Positions 45,616 through 56,320 of a DNA stretch of 64,000 nt are shown here, piece after piece; the first letter of the stretch is position 1, and the number at the start of each line of letters is the position of its first letter. Under the pieces are notes generated by a model, which was given only the letters and a program-made list of their open reading frames with translations, searched no databases and was not told the origin of the DNA. The DNA is from an uncultured Leptospirales bacterium. Lineage in GTDB: Bacteria > Spirochaetota > UBA4802 > UBA5550. The position numbers and the translations under genes were made by a program. The stretch lies in NCBI GenBank assembly GCA_964529415.1, contig CAZGWD010000003.1, forward strand, positions 194,341-258,340, written 5' to 3'.

Positions 45616-47271
45616 ATGATATGTAAAAGAATAATACCATATATCAACAAAATTCAGATTCTTATTCTCTGCATTTTAGCTGTCAGTTTTATATTTATCG
45701 GATATAAATATTATCAGTACGAAGCTGAATATATACAGAATGATAAATATGAGGATTTATCCGGAATTGTAAAAGTTAAAATAGAAACCATTCTGGATTG
45801 GAGAAAAAACAGGCTTGCTGACGCCCGCAGAGTATCACAGGGACCGCTTGTTAGAATGGAAATAGCCCGCCTGCTGCAAAATCCTGCTGATATCGGATCA
45901 AAAACTGCACTTAAAACACAATTGAAAATCAACCGTAAAGACAACCTTTATGAAGATGCACTTTTTGCTGATATAAAAGGCAATATTCTGCTTTCGGATA
46001 ATATTGAACCTGTCGCTTTAAATCAATCATTAAAGAATGCAATTGAAATTGCGATAAAAAACCGCAAGGAAACATTAAGTGAAATTTATAAATCTTCAAA
46101 GGGATCAATATATATAGATGCTGTTGCACCAATACAAGATGACTCTGGACAGGTGATTGCATTTATAGTTTTACGTACAAACACATCAGAATTTCTGTAT
46201 CCCTTTATCCAGTCTTGGCCAACTCATAGCGATTCTGCTGAATCATTTATATTATGCCGTGATGGTGATTCAGTTTTATTTTTAAATGAACTCAGGCACA
46301 GATCCGGTACAGCACTTACTCTGCGCTTCCCGCTTACAAAAACAGAACTGCCTGCAGTCCAGGCTGTTCTCGGAAAAACCGGAAGATTCCGCAGCATCGA
46401 TTACCGCGGTAAAGATGTACTTGCAATTCTGGAGCATATACCTCAAACCAGCTGGCATATTCTTTCCAAGGTGGATGCGGATGAAATACTCGCAGAACTT
46501 TCATTTCGCGCACGTGCAGTATTTATCATAGTATTTCTTCTTAATCTTATTATTGCCGGAGCAGCCTTTGTTATATATAAAAAAAGAGCAGAGGCTGAAA
46601 GCAGAAAACGGGAAGAAATTTTACAAAAATCCCTCAGTGAAAAAGAAACTCTGATACGCGAACTGTATCATCGGACTAAAAACACAATGATGGTAATTGT
46701 ATCAATCATGGGGCTTAATGCGGCTAAATATCCCGAGAATGCAAGACTGCAGGAATTTGTAAATGAAACAGTGCTGAGGATTCAGGCAATTTCGGTTGTA
46801 CATCAGATGCTTTATAGATCCAATGATTTGTCGAAGATATCAATAGAAAAATATATAATTGAGCTCAGCACGCTGATATTGAAAAGTTTCGGATCACTGA
46901 GTGAAAATATAAAGCTGGAAATAAAAATTGACAAGCAGCAGTTTTTTGTACTTGATACTGCTATTCCTCTGGGGATAATATTAAACGAATTGATGACTAA
47001 TTCAATAAAATATGCATTTCCGGATAACAGACCGGGTAAAATCAGCATCTCTCTAAACAGAAGCGAAGAGAATAAAATCATTTTCTGCTATTGTGATGAC
47101 GGTATTGGCGTTACACAGGATTTTGATTTCCATAAAAATGCAAGCCTTGGCCTGCAGCTGATATTTAATATAGGTGAACAGCAGATGCAGGGCATTGTAA
47201 GTTTTGAAAACAAAAACGGAATATCATTCAGTATAGAATTCCCTGATAATATTTACAAGGAAAGGGTTTGA
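45616..47271 (+). CDS. Sensor histidine kinase, Cache-type periplasmic domain, HisKA_2 type
   Basis: EKETLIRELYHRTKNTM H-box, NELMTNSIKYAF, DDGIG, SLGLQL. Confidence 0.9.
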   Translation: MICKRIIPYINKIQILILCILAVSFIFIGYKYYQYEAEYIQNDKYEDLSGIVKVKIETILDWRKNRLADARRVSQGPLVRMEIARLLQNPADIGSKTALKTQLKINRKDNLYEDALFADIKGNILLSDNIEPVALNQSLKNAIEIAIKNRKETLSEIYKSSKGSIYIDAVAPIQDDSGQVIAFIVLRTNTSEFLYPFIQSWPTHSDSAESFILCRDGDSVLFLNELRHRSGTALTLRFPLTKTELPAVQAVLGKTGRFRSIDYRGKDVLAILEHIPQTSWHILSKVDADEILAELSFRARAVFIIVFLLNLIIAGAAFVIYKKRAEAESRKREEILQKSLSEKETLIRELYHRTKNTMMVIVSIMGLNAAKYPENARLQEFVNETVLRIQAISVVHQMLYRSNDLSKISIEKYIIELSTLILKSFGSLSENIKLEIKIDKQQFFVLDTAIPLGIILNELMTNSIKYAFPDNRPGKISISLNRSEENKIIFCYCDDGIGVTQDFDFHKNASLGLQLIFNIGEQQMQGIVSFENKNGISFSIEFPDNIYKERV

Positions 47272-47272
47272 T

Positions 47273-47644
47273 ATGAAAACATCTGTACGAATATTACTTG
47301 TTGAAGATGAAATAATTTCAGCTATGTTTTTAAAAATGGAACTTGAAAAAGAGGGATTTGTAGTGTGCAGACATGTCACCACAGGCGAGAATGCAGTAAC
47401 GAGCGCAGAATCTGACAAGCCGGATGTAATTTTAATGGATATTTTTCTGGCCGGAAAATTAAACGGAATTGATGCAGCACAGGAAATAAAAGAAAAATCT
47501 GACATTCCAATAATTATTTTTTTAACCGGATTTGAAGATGAAAAATTGAAGGAGACAGCGCTTAAGCTCGATCCGCTCGCTTACATTATAAAACCTGTTG
47601 TTTTATCTGAACTGAAGTCAATTATCAATTCAAAATTTTTATGA
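47273..47644 (+). CDS. Single-domain response regulator
   Basis: ILLVEDE, PDVILMDI, FLTG, YIIKP; starts 1 nt after the kinase stop. Confidence 0.92.
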   Translation: MKTSVRILLVEDEIISAMFLKMELEKEGFVVCRHVTTGENAVTSAESDKPDVILMDIFLAGKLNGIDAAQEIKEKSDIPIIIFLTGFEDEKLKETALKLDPLAYIIKPVVLSELKSIINSKFL

Positions 47645-47658
47645 AATTTTGTTTTTGA

Positions 47659-48000
47659 TCATGCTGAAAATGACTGCAATGCTTCATCTTCGCTCTCATA
47701 TATATCTATCAATGAAGATAATTCAATTACTTCTGCTATTCTTTTAACAGTATTTCTCAGGCAACAGAGTTTTATTACTTTATTCTTTTTATTTAATGTA
47801 TTTTTAGCATTTGCAATAATCCTAATGCCGTTACTCGACATGGTATTTACTTCTTCAAAATTCAATAAAAAGTTGGATTCAAGCTTTTTATTGATTATTT
47901 CATTAAGCTCTTCTTCAGCTATCCTTGAAATTGTGGAATCCAGCTTACCGCTTAAATACACAATAACAATATCGCCTATTTCTTTTGTTTTAATATTCAT
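47659..48000 (-). CDS. STAS-domain anti-sigma-factor antagonist
   Basis: LSGKLD, VNTMSSNG phospho-Ser region, IYESEDEAL C-terminus. Confidence 0.88.
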   Translation of the reverse strand: MNIKTKEIGDIVIVYLSGKLDSTISRIAEEELNEIINKKLESNFLLNFEEVNTMSSNGIRIIANAKNTLNKKNKVIKLCCLRNTVKRIAEVIELSSLIDIYESEDEALQSFSA

Positions 48001-48175
48001 TTATGTTCACTTTTGTTTAATTTATATATTTTTTTTTGTACTAATAATAGACAGTATTAAACAGTCAATTACTTTTTCTTTTATTATGATAATAAAATTA
48101 ATTATTTTAACCACATAGATCAATAATTGAAATTATTACAAAAATGTTATTATGAAAAAAACGCTCTGTTCTTTA

Positions 48176-51100
48176 TTACAATTTCAATTCACGCTTTTTC
48201 CATAATAGATAAATTGCAGGATACACAAGCAGTTCCATAATAAAAGATGTGAAGAGTCCGCCAACCATTGGTGCAGCAATCCTCTTCATCACATCCGCAC
48301 CAGTACCCATTGACCACATGATAGGCATGAGTCCCATTGAAGCAGCCATTACAGTCATGATTTTCGGGCGGATTCTTTTCACTGCACCGTGAATTATTGC
48401 TTCTTTCAGTTCAAACATATTATTCAGCATGCCTTTCTTTTTAGCATCATCGTAGGATAGATCGAGGAAAAGCAGCATGAATACGCCTGTTTCAGCATCA
48501 AGTCCCATTAGAGCGATCATGCCCACCCATACAGCAATTGAAGTATTATAACCGAGGATATATAAAAGCCAGACAGCGCCCACAGCAGAAAACGGAACTG
48601 CAAGCATAACAACACCAGCCTTAAATGCAGATTTTGTATTCATAAACAAAAGAACAAAAATTAAAAGTATAGTTAGAGGCAGAACAATTTTAAGCCGCTC
48701 CCTTACACGCTCCATGTTCTCATACTGCCCGCTCCATACAAGATTGTATCCGACAGGAAGCTTAATATGATTTTTGACAATTTTTTTTGCATCTTCAACG
48801 TATGAGCCCACATCACGGTCAGCAATATCAACATAAACATACCCTGCCAGTTTTCCGTTTTCATCACGGATCATTGCAGGACCGTTTGCAAGTTTAATAG
48901 AAGCCAGTTCACGAAGAGGAACCTGCACGCCTTTTCTTGTTGTAACAAGAACTCGCTCAAGCTGATCAACTTCAACCCGCAAATCCCTCGGGTATCGCAC
49001 GCTGATTGAGTAACGTTCCCTGCCCTCTATAGTTGTTGAAACAGTATCTCCGCCTATTGCGCTCATTACAACAGACTGAAAATCATCAATGGAAAATCCG
49101 TACCGCGCAAGAGTTTCCCTTCTCGGCGTAATGTCCACGTAATATCCGCCGCTGACCCTTTCTGAAAAAACAGAGCGCGTTCCTTTAACATCTTTCAGAA
49201 TAGTTTCGATTTCACCGCCAACACGCTGTATCTCCTCCAGATCTGAACCGAAAATTTTAATTCCAACAGGTGTACGCACGCCTGTTGTAAGCATATCAAT
49301 ACGCCCCTTGATAGGCATAGTCCAGGCATTGCTGTTTCCTGGAATCTGAAGTTTTTCATCCATTAAAGCTATAAGTTCATCATAGGAAATTTTATCAGGC
49401 CACACATGACGGAAAAGCCACTTGAGAGGTGCTGGAGCCCATGACGAATACCAGCGCTTCTTATCGCGCCACTGAGCCTGAGGCTTTAAAGTTATTGTAG
49501 TTTCCATCATGGAAAACGGTGCAGGGTCTGTTGATGTATCAGCACGGCCTGCCTTTCCGAACACAGACTGAACTTCAGGAAAAGATGCCAGCACCCTGTC
49601 CTGAACCAATAGCAGATTTCTTGCTTCAGTTACTGAAATTCCCGGTAAAGTTGTAGGCATATAAAGAACTGTGCCTTCGTTTAGAGGAGGCATGAATTCA
49701 GAACCGAGTTTCATATAAACAGGTATCGTCAGAAGAACAATAATCACAGCACCGCTTATAACTTTTCTGGGATTATCAAGAACCCGCCTGCATGGGCCTT
49801 CATATAATCTGAAAAGAACTCTGCTCACAGGGTGACGCTCTTCCTGATAATATGTTCCGACAAACGCAGTGTTTAATATACGGGATAGCCAAAGCGGCTT
49901 GATTTTAAATGGATCAACACGGCTGAACAGCATGCGTATCGCAGGATCAAGCGTTACAGCAAGGAGTGCAGCAAGAGCTATGGTAAGTGTTTTTGTCCAG
50001 GCAAGCGGAGTGAAGAGCCTCCCCTCCTGATCTACAAGTGTGAATACAGGAAGGAATGCAACTGCAATTACAAGCAGAGAAAAAAATACAGATGGCCCCA
50101 CTTCCATGAGCGCTTCAAGACGTACAGAATGAAAATCCCCCTTGCGCCCGTCCTCAATCCAGTGCTCGATTTTTTTATACGCGTTTTCAACCTCAACTAT
50201 TGCACCATCAACCAGAACTCCTATTGATATGGCAATTCCGGCTAAACTCATAATGTTCGAAGATATGCCGAAAAAATACATTGGAATAAAAGCGAGCGCA
50301 ACAGAAATGGGAATTGTCATAATCGGAACAAGCGCTGAAGGAAAATGCCACAGGAAAAAAAGTATTACAATGCTCACAATAATCATCTCAATGAAAAGAT
50401 CTTCTTTCAGATTATCAATGGATTTATTTATAAGCTCAGATCTGTCATATACTGCTTTTATTTCCACACCTTCAGGTAGGGATGATTTCAGATCTTCAAT
50501 TTTTTCTTTAACGCGTTTAATAACATTAAGAGCGTTCTCGCCGTGCCTCATAACAACAATGCCGCCAACAACATCGCCCTGACCGTTATATTCTGCAAGC
50601 CCTCTTCGTATCTGCGGACCGAGAGTAATTGTTGCAACATTTTCAAGAAATACAGGTGTTCCTTCGTTTTCTTTAACAACAATTTTACCGAGATCGCCCG
50701 TGCTTTTAACATAGCCTTTGGCCCTGACCATGTATTCCCTTCCGGACCACTCAATCAGTCTTCCTCCGGTTTCATTATTGTTTTTCTTTATGGCATCTGT
50801 AATATCCATTACAGAGAGCTTGTAGCTCTGGAGTTTGTTCGGATCAATAATCACCTGGTACTGCTTTTCATATCCGCCTATTCCTGCAACTTCAGAAACA
50901 CCCGGTACGCTCTGCAATGCATACTTTAAATTCCAGTCCTGAAACGAGCGCAGGCTCGCAAGATTATGCTTTCCATTTTTATCGATAAGCGCGTACTGGT
51001 ACACCCATCCTACACCGGATGCATCAGGACCCATTTCTGTTTTAACGCCTGCAGGCAGGCTTCCCTGAATCTTGGAGAGATATTCAATTACACGGCTGCG

Positions 51101-51415
51101 CGCCCAGTAGATGTCAGTGCCGTCATTGAAAATTACATACACATACGAAAATCCGAAATCACTGTACCCGCGTATCGCCTTGACCTTCGGAGCTCCGAGC
51201 AGCGATGAAATTATCGGATATGTGACCTGATCCTCTATTATGTCCGGGCTTCTGTCCCATTTTGTATATATGATTACCTGCGTATCAGACAGATCAGGAA
51301 TTGCATCGAGAGGAATATTATACATTGCAAAAAGTCCGTAAGCAACCGCAGCAAATGTGAGCAGAATCACCAGCAGTTTGTTGTGCGCGGAGAATGATAT
51401 TATTTTTCTTATCAT
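48176..51415 (-). CDS. cusA: CusA/SilA heavy-metal RND efflux permease
   Basis: PLDAIPDLSDTQVI, GSEFMPPLNEG, TDPAPFSMMET, RIRPKIMT, MKRIAAPMVGG. Confidence 0.93.
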   Translation of the reverse strand: MIRKIISFSAHNKLLVILLTFAAVAYGLFAMYNIPLDAIPDLSDTQVIIYTKWDRSPDIIEDQVTYPIISSLLGAPKVKAIRGYSDFGFSYVYVIFNDGTDIYWARSRVIEYLSKIQGSLPAGVKTEMGPDASGVGWVYQYALIDKNGKHNLASLRSFQDWNLKYALQSVPGVSEVAGIGGYEKQYQVIIDPNKLQSYKLSVMDITDAIKKNNNETGGRLIEWSGREYMVRAKGYVKSTGDLGKIVVKENEGTPVFLENVATITLGPQIRRGLAEYNGQGDVVGGIVVMRHGENALNVIKRVKEKIEDLKSSLPEGVEIKAVYDRSELINKSIDNLKEDLFIEMIIVSIVILFFLWHFPSALVPIMTIPISVALAFIPMYFFGISSNIMSLAGIAISIGVLVDGAIVEVENAYKKIEHWIEDGRKGDFHSVRLEALMEVGPSVFFSLLVIAVAFLPVFTLVDQEGRLFTPLAWTKTLTIALAALLAVTLDPAIRMLFSRVDPFKIKPLWLSRILNTAFVGTYYQEERHPVSRVLFRLYEGPCRRVLDNPRKVISGAVIIVLLTIPVYMKLGSEFMPPLNEGTVLYMPTTLPGISVTEARNLLLVQDRVLASFPEVQSVFGKAGRADTSTDPAPFSMMETTITLKPQAQWRDKKRWYSSWAPAPLKWLFRHVWPDKISYDELIALMDEKLQIPGNSNAWTMPIKGRIDMLTTGVRTPVGIKIFGSDLEEIQRVGGEIETILKDVKGTRSVFSERVSGGYYVDITPRRETLARYGFSIDDFQSVVMSAIGGDTVSTTIEGRERYSISVRYPRDLRVEVDQLERVLVTTRKGVQVPLRELASIKLANGPAMIRDENGKLAGYVYVDIADRDVGSYVEDAKKIVKNHIKLPVGYNLVWSGQYENMERVRERLKIVLPLTILLIFVLLFMNTKSAFKAGVVMLAVPFSAVGAVWLLYILGYNTSIAVWVGMIALMGLDAETGVFMLLFLDLSYDDAKKKGMLNNMFELKEAIIHGAVKRIRPKIMTVMAASMGLMPIMWSMGTGADVMKRIAAPMVGGLFTSFIMELLVYPAIYLLWKKRELKL

Positions 51416-51459
51416 GAGATACTTACTCTAATTAATTGAAAATTTATATTGATAGGATA

Positions 51460-51601
51460 AGTGTAAGAACAGGGGATAAGGTTATAGAAGAGATTAGGGA
51501 TATTTTTATTTTTCATATAGTTATAATATCATGTATCTCTTTTTTTATATCTTTTATCCCCATTATCTCATCCATCTCCTAAATCCCCTCATTCTTACAC
51601 A
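51460..51601 (-). repeat. ~140-bp non-coding inverted-repeat element, copy 2 (cusB-cusA intergenic)
   Basis: Ends GTGTAAGAA...TTCTTACAC; the reverse complement shares AGGGGATTT, GGAGATGGA, GAGATA, TACATGATATT, ATCTCTT and TCTTACAC, in order, with 8354-8491. Confidence 0.75.
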
Positions 51602-51614
51602 TATTTTATTTAAA

Positions 51615-52988
51615 TTAGTGCTTGTGCCCTTCGCCCGCTTCTTTCAATGCAGCTTTCAATGACGACTCCGAATCCACAAGAAAATTCGCTGAAGTCACAA
51701 CACGTTCAAATTCCTTTATGCCGGATATTACCTCGTAGTATCCGTCTGTTGAGCGTACACCCACTTTAATTTCATAAGGCACGATCAGATCGCCTCTGCC
51801 TTCAATGAAAACATAATCCCTTACTCCTGTTCTCATAACAGCTTTTTCCGGAACAGTAAGTTTCACTCCAACAGAATAAGTCAGCTTCGCATCACCATAC
51901 ATGTTCGGCTTTAAAACAACATCCTTATTGGGAATTTCAATACGCGCTTTCATTGTACGGGTTTCCTGGCTGAGGAAAGGATTAAGAAAACTGATTTTTC
52001 CCTTAAAGAGCTTGCCTGCCCAGTATGAGAGTGTTACTTCTACTGTCATGCCAACCTTCACATAAGGGAGGTCTGTTTCATATATATCAATTTCCCCCCA
52101 CACTCTTGAAAGATCAACTATTACCATCAGGGCATCGTTCATTGCAATCTTCTGGCCCTGGAGCACCATCTTTTCGCTTACATACCCGGATGAAGGCGCA
52201 ACCAGAGTCACGGCTCTTTCAATCATGCCTGTGGTTTTTATTTTTTCTATCTGCGCGTGCGATATGTCAAGAAGCCTGAGCCTTTCAGCCGCGGCTTTTT
52301 CTATTTCTCCTATACTTGCAGCCATGCCGGGATCATTCGAAAATTTTTCCTTAGATTTGATTGCTGATAAATATTCCTGCTGAGCTGAAAGAATTTCCGG
52401 GCTGTATATTGACATTAGCGGACTGCCTTTGGATACAAACTGCCCTGTCTGGTTTACGTAAAGTTTTTCAACCCAGCCGTTCACCTTTGTAGTAACCTTA
52501 TGCATGCGTGTTTCATCAGGAACAATCCTCACTGAAGTGCGTATTTCCCTGCTGATATTTCTCATTTCAACATCACCGAATGATATGCCGATGAGTTCCC
52601 GTTTTTCTTTTGATATTGAAACCGGAGCAAGCCCGACAGGAGAATTTTCATCCCCGTCTTTCACTTCAAAGGGAACCATTTCCATTCCCATGGAATCTTT
52701 CCCCGGCCTGTCGCTTGTTTCATTGGGATTCATCGATGACCTGTAAATGGTTCTTTTAGCTTTTTTCACTGAGGCCTTATCATCTTTTTTTAATGGAACA
52801 AGTTTCATTCCGCAGATCGGGCAGTCGCCTGGTTTGTCCTGTACTATCTGGGGATGCATGGGGCAGGTATAAAGCTGCTTCTGCTCATCCTTGTGATCGT
52901 GGCCGATCGGAATATATTTTGCGGCAAAATAACCGCCGACACTTACAATCAGAAGCGCAATCAGCAGTCCTTTTATTTTTGTCCCCAT
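51615..52988 (-). CDS. cusB: CusB-type RND periplasmic adaptor with N-terminal heavy-metal-binding motifs
   Basis: YTCPMHP...CPICGMKLVP, a second YRSSMNP...DSMGMEMVP motif, YSPEILSAQQEYL, LKPNMY, ANFLVDSES. Confidence 0.88.
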   Translation of the reverse strand: MGTKIKGLLIALLIVSVGGYFAAKYIPIGHDHKDEQKQLYTCPMHPQIVQDKPGDCPICGMKLVPLKKDDKASVKKAKRTIYRSSMNPNETSDRPGKDSMGMEMVPFEVKDGDENSPVGLAPVSISKEKRELIGISFGDVEMRNISREIRTSVRIVPDETRMHKVTTKVNGWVEKLYVNQTGQFVSKGSPLMSIYSPEILSAQQEYLSAIKSKEKFSNDPGMAASIGEIEKAAAERLRLLDISHAQIEKIKTTGMIERAVTLVAPSSGYVSEKMVLQGQKIAMNDALMVIVDLSRVWGEIDIYETDLPYVKVGMTVEVTLSYWAGKLFKGKISFLNPFLSQETRTMKARIEIPNKDVVLKPNMYGDAKLTYSVGVKLTVPEKAVMRTGVRDYVFIEGRGDLIVPYEIKVGVRSTDGYYEVISGIKEFERVVTSANFLVDSESSLKAALKEAGEGHKH

Positions 52989-54226
52989 GAAACCACCTCT
53001 ACACCCATCAGAGCGTTCAATTCAGAAAATGAAATATAGTATTCCTTAACAGCCATTACGAGTTCTTTTTTATAACGCAGAAGCATCCTCACGTTATCGA
53101 TTACAGGCATGATCTCAACCGCGCTTGAGCGGTACCTGGCAAGATTTGTTTCAAGAGCAAGCTTTGTCTGAGGTATCAGCTTATCCTGATACAGGCGGAA
53201 CAGGTCGCGCCATCTTGAAAGCTGACTAAGCTGAATTTCCGTACGCGCATTAATATCATTCAGCTTGTCCTGATACAGATTTTTCTGCGATGCAAATTTT
53301 TTTTTTGATTCTTCAATCATAGGTATATTTTTTTTCCAGAACCAGACAGGAATTGAAAAGGTAACCATACCGGTAAGCATATCATCCCTTTTCATTACAG
53401 GGGTACTGTCCCTCTGCATGTATGAAAGCCCGAGTTCCATATTCGGAATATATTCCATTTTTTTCTGAGTTATTTCAATTCTGCTTATTTCAGTATCTAT
53501 TAAAAGCATCTTCAATTCCGGATTTGAATTCAGTATTTCCTTTTGAACAGCATCAGCAGACAACTCCCTGAAATCCGGTTCAGGAAGGTCATAAATATTC
53601 ACATCAACTTTGCGGCCTATAAAATAATTAATCTTCAGCTCGGTTTCTCTCTGTTTCTGTTTAAGATTTATTATTTCCTCATCTATCATATTTGATTCTA
53701 TTTTAGATTTTATTACATTGGAAATGCTTCCCATTCCGGATTTAGCTGCTGCAACTTCACTGTCTATAACAAGATTGATCTGCTGCTTGATTTCATCCAG
53801 AATTTTTATCGATGACCTCAGATACACCAGCTCATATATGTTCATCCTCACCTGATGAGCGGTCATAACCTTTTCCGCTTTAATTTTATTTCTGGATTTG
53901 GCATATTCTTTTACTGCAATGGTTTCTTTATATCCGAGCTTCCCAAATGGAATCATCTGGGTAATGCCGATTTCCTTTGAAGTCATGTCTTCAGAAGTAA
54001 AAGAAAACGTGGATAGAGGAACATTATTGAAACCCAGTTTTAACTTTGGATCATCAATAGCTGTGCTTTGAGGTATACGTTTTTTAATCATTTCAGATTC
54101 AGCTTCCATGGCCTTAATGCGCTGATTTTCTGATATGGTTATATATTGCAATTCAACAATAGAATTAATCTCACTGTAAACAGCGTTTTGAGTTAAAAAA
54201 AATATTATCAAAATAAATATTCTCAT
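52973..54226 (-). CDS. TolC-family outer-membrane efflux protein (CusC-like)
   Basis: DDPKLKLG, GITQMIPFGK and FSIPVWF OEP-type motifs, helical; overlaps the cusB start. Confidence 0.82.
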   Translation of the reverse strand: MRIFILIIFFLTQNAVYSEINSIVELQYITISENQRIKAMEAESEMIKKRIPQSTAIDDPKLKLGFNNVPLSTFSFTSEDMTSKEIGITQMIPFGKLGYKETIAVKEYAKSRNKIKAEKVMTAHQVRMNIYELVYLRSSIKILDEIKQQINLVIDSEVAAAKSGMGSISNVIKSKIESNMIDEEIINLKQKQRETELKINYFIGRKVDVNIYDLPEPDFRELSADAVQKEILNSNPELKMLLIDTEISRIEITQKKMEYIPNMELGLSYMQRDSTPVMKRDDMLTGMVTFSIPVWFWKKNIPMIEESKKKFASQKNLYQDKLNDINARTEIQLSQLSRWRDLFRLYQDKLIPQTKLALETNLARYRSSAVEIMPVIDNVRMLLRYKKELVMAVKEYYISFSELNALMGVEVVSWGQK

Positions 54227-54259
54227 TGAACCTCATTTACAGGATTAGTCTGAAAACAG

Positions 54260-54295
54260 GTGATCTGGAAATTTGATAAATATATTCCAGATCAC
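54260..54295. terminator. Hairpin between the YHS gene and the TolC gene (partial terminator or mRNA stabiliser)
   Basis: GTGATCTGGAA-N14-TTCCAGATCAC. Confidence 0.5.
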
Positions 54296-54310
54296 TTTTA
54301 AAAATTATTA

Positions 54311-54631
54311 CTAATGATTATGCTTGGAATGGCCTTCAGTTTTTTTTGCCGGAACTTTGCCTTTTTCATTTGCCGGAGTTTTTTCAAGAGTTACGCCGCT
54401 ATCCTTTAATATCTTCATATATTTTCTCGGATTTTTATTGAACTCAGCCGGGCAGCCGTCACAGCAGAAATATATGCGGTTCCCCTGGTAATCTGTAAAA
54501 ATATTTTTATTTATCGGATCACCCATAACCGGGCAAACAGTCTGCGGTTTGGCATTTGCGCTTTGAACATCTGAAAAAACAAATGCTGAACTGATTGCAA
54601 GAACAGCTAAAACAGAAATAAAAAATTTCAT
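54311..54631 (-). CDS. Exported YHS/TRASH-domain metal-binding protein
   Basis: Signal peptide, CPVMG...YQGNRIYFCCDGCPAEFNKNPRKY, His-rich tail. Confidence 0.85.
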   Translation of the reverse strand: MKFFISVLAVLAISSAFVFSDVQSANAKPQTVCPVMGDPINKNIFTDYQGNRIYFCCDGCPAEFNKNPRKYMKILKDSGVTLEKTPANEKGKVPAKKTEGHSKHNH

Positions 54632-54868
54632 ATCAACACCTCAATTTATAAATTTTATTTTAATTATCAATAAAATATTTACCGCTACTAAAAACCGGTA
54701 ATTACTACCAATTAGATCGATTTAGTATTATATTATCAATTAGTCAAGTTTATTTTAAAATGTTACACAAATATTTCGTGAAGTCAATTAAAAATAGTTA
54801 TATAAGATCGAAGCAGAATGCATCTTCTGCCACAGCAGAATTGCTGAATATTATTATCTCTGCAATTA

Positions 54869-55507
54869 CTATTTAACCAGCCATTCTTTGGTTAAAATTT
54901 TAAATATCCTCTCTGCCTGTTCAGCAGTATTTTCGAGTGACCCTGAATTATCAATCAGCATTGTCGCTTTCTTTTTCTTTTCCTCAATACTTAACTGAGC
55001 TGCAACGTTTTTAGCTGCAGTTCTACGGTCAATCCCATCACGTTTCATCAGTCTTTCCATCTGTATTTCAACAGGTGTATATACAACAATACTTTTGTTA
55101 AACAGCTTGTCCCATCCGGCTTCGAACAGCAGAGGTACGTCTATGATTACAGGCATGCTGTTATCATTTATCCGGTAATTATCAAGAAGCTGAAAAACCC
55201 TGTTGCTGATATAAGGATGTAAAATGCCATCGAGCTGCTTTCGTTTTTCAATATTATGGATTATTATGTTTCTAAGGGATTCACGGTTAAGCGTTCCATC
55301 CGGCTTAACAACTTCATTTCCAAAAGCCTGTTTCACTTCTTCCAATCCCGGATGACCGGGTTCAACCACCTCTCTTGCAATAACATCCGTGTCAATTATA
55401 TGCCCGCCGAGATTTTTAAATATTCCAGCAACAAAAGATTTCCCGGTAGCTATACTGCCGGTAAGAGCCGGACATTTCTTTGCATAATTTATTGTTTCCT
55501 GGTTCAT
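54869..55507 (-). CDS. coaE: Dephospho-CoA kinase
   Basis: LTGSIATGKS, IDTDVIAREVV, ILHPYI, DVPLLFE, RLMKRDG, IDNSG. Confidence 0.95.
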   Translation of the reverse strand: MNQETINYAKKCPALTGSIATGKSFVAGIFKNLGGHIIDTDVIAREVVEPGHPGLEEVKQAFGNEVVKPDGTLNRESLRNIIIHNIEKRKQLDGILHPYISNRVFQLLDNYRINDNSMPVIIDVPLLFEAGWDKLFNKSIVVYTPVEIQMERLMKRDGIDRRTAAKNVAAQLSIEEKKKKATMLIDNSGSLENTAEQAERIFKILTKEWLVK

Positions 55508-55850
55508 AGTGCCTTATTAGATTAAAAAAATATTTTTAACAAAATTTCTAATAATAAAAAAAATAAATTTTTTATTATTAGAAAAGATTTTTCATCTGTA
55601 ATTCGTCATCAGCAGTGACTATTACAGAATTTTTTTGCAACCTTTCGACTTTACCAGCACCTTTGTATTTCTTTTTCAGGGAAATTATCAATAATTATAA
55701 GCGGATAGAATGCAGCTGCAGTACTATTTTTTTTAAACTGAGTCTGCGTCTGACTCGCTTTATTTCTTTTTTTTATATTTTTTTTCATAATAATATAATT
55801 TTAAAAAGAAGAAGCAGAATAATCTTAAAATTCTCAATGAATAATCAGGA

Positions 55851-56264
55851 TTATTTCCAAACTCCTATAATTAACCCCATTATTGAAAATGTAACAAAAA
55901 TATAGCCTCCATTAATAAAAAACAGCTTTATTGATTTTCTTTCAAAGAGATAAATTACACCGAGAAAAGCTGTAACGAAAAACAACCCTGTCATAGCACC
56001 TGAAATTAAACCCAATACCAAACCTGATTTAGGACCTAAAAAAAACGCCAGGTTAAATGCTGAAATAAAGGTCAGTATAAAAGAACCTCCAAAAATAATT
56101 GCAGGATTACTTTTTTTTATTTCCTCATCTGATAATGCTATCTCCTTCTGCCATGCTTTCCCGAATAAAGGCCCATACCATAAGCCTCCAATAAGAAAAG
56201 CTGATAGCGCGGCAACTAAAACTGCCAGGTAATTTATATTCATAATAATCTCATTTAGATTCAT
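55851..56264 (-). CDS. DUF1761-like membrane protein
   Basis: NYLAVLVAALSAFLIGGLWYGPLFGKAW...FERKS...INGGY pattern. Confidence 0.8.
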   Translation of the reverse strand: MNLNEIIMNINYLAVLVAALSAFLIGGLWYGPLFGKAWQKEIALSDEEIKKSNPAIIFGGSFILTFISAFNLAFFLGPKSGLVLGLISGAMTGLFFVTAFLGVIYLFERKSIKLFFINGGYIFVTFSIMGLIIGVWK

Positions 56265-56320
56265 GGTAATTCTCCTTTTATTTTTGATATAATTAAAATA
56301 TATATTTTTTTAAACCATTT

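Noticed and set aside
55545-55584. 17-bp A/T-rich inverted repeat upstream of coaE
   Set aside because: Almost entirely A/T and low complexity; may be a terminator but is not distinctive.
55615-55905. 96-aa plus-strand ORF, and a 45-aa minus-strand ORF starting at 55788
   Set aside because: No motifs, low-complexity composition, no clear RBS.
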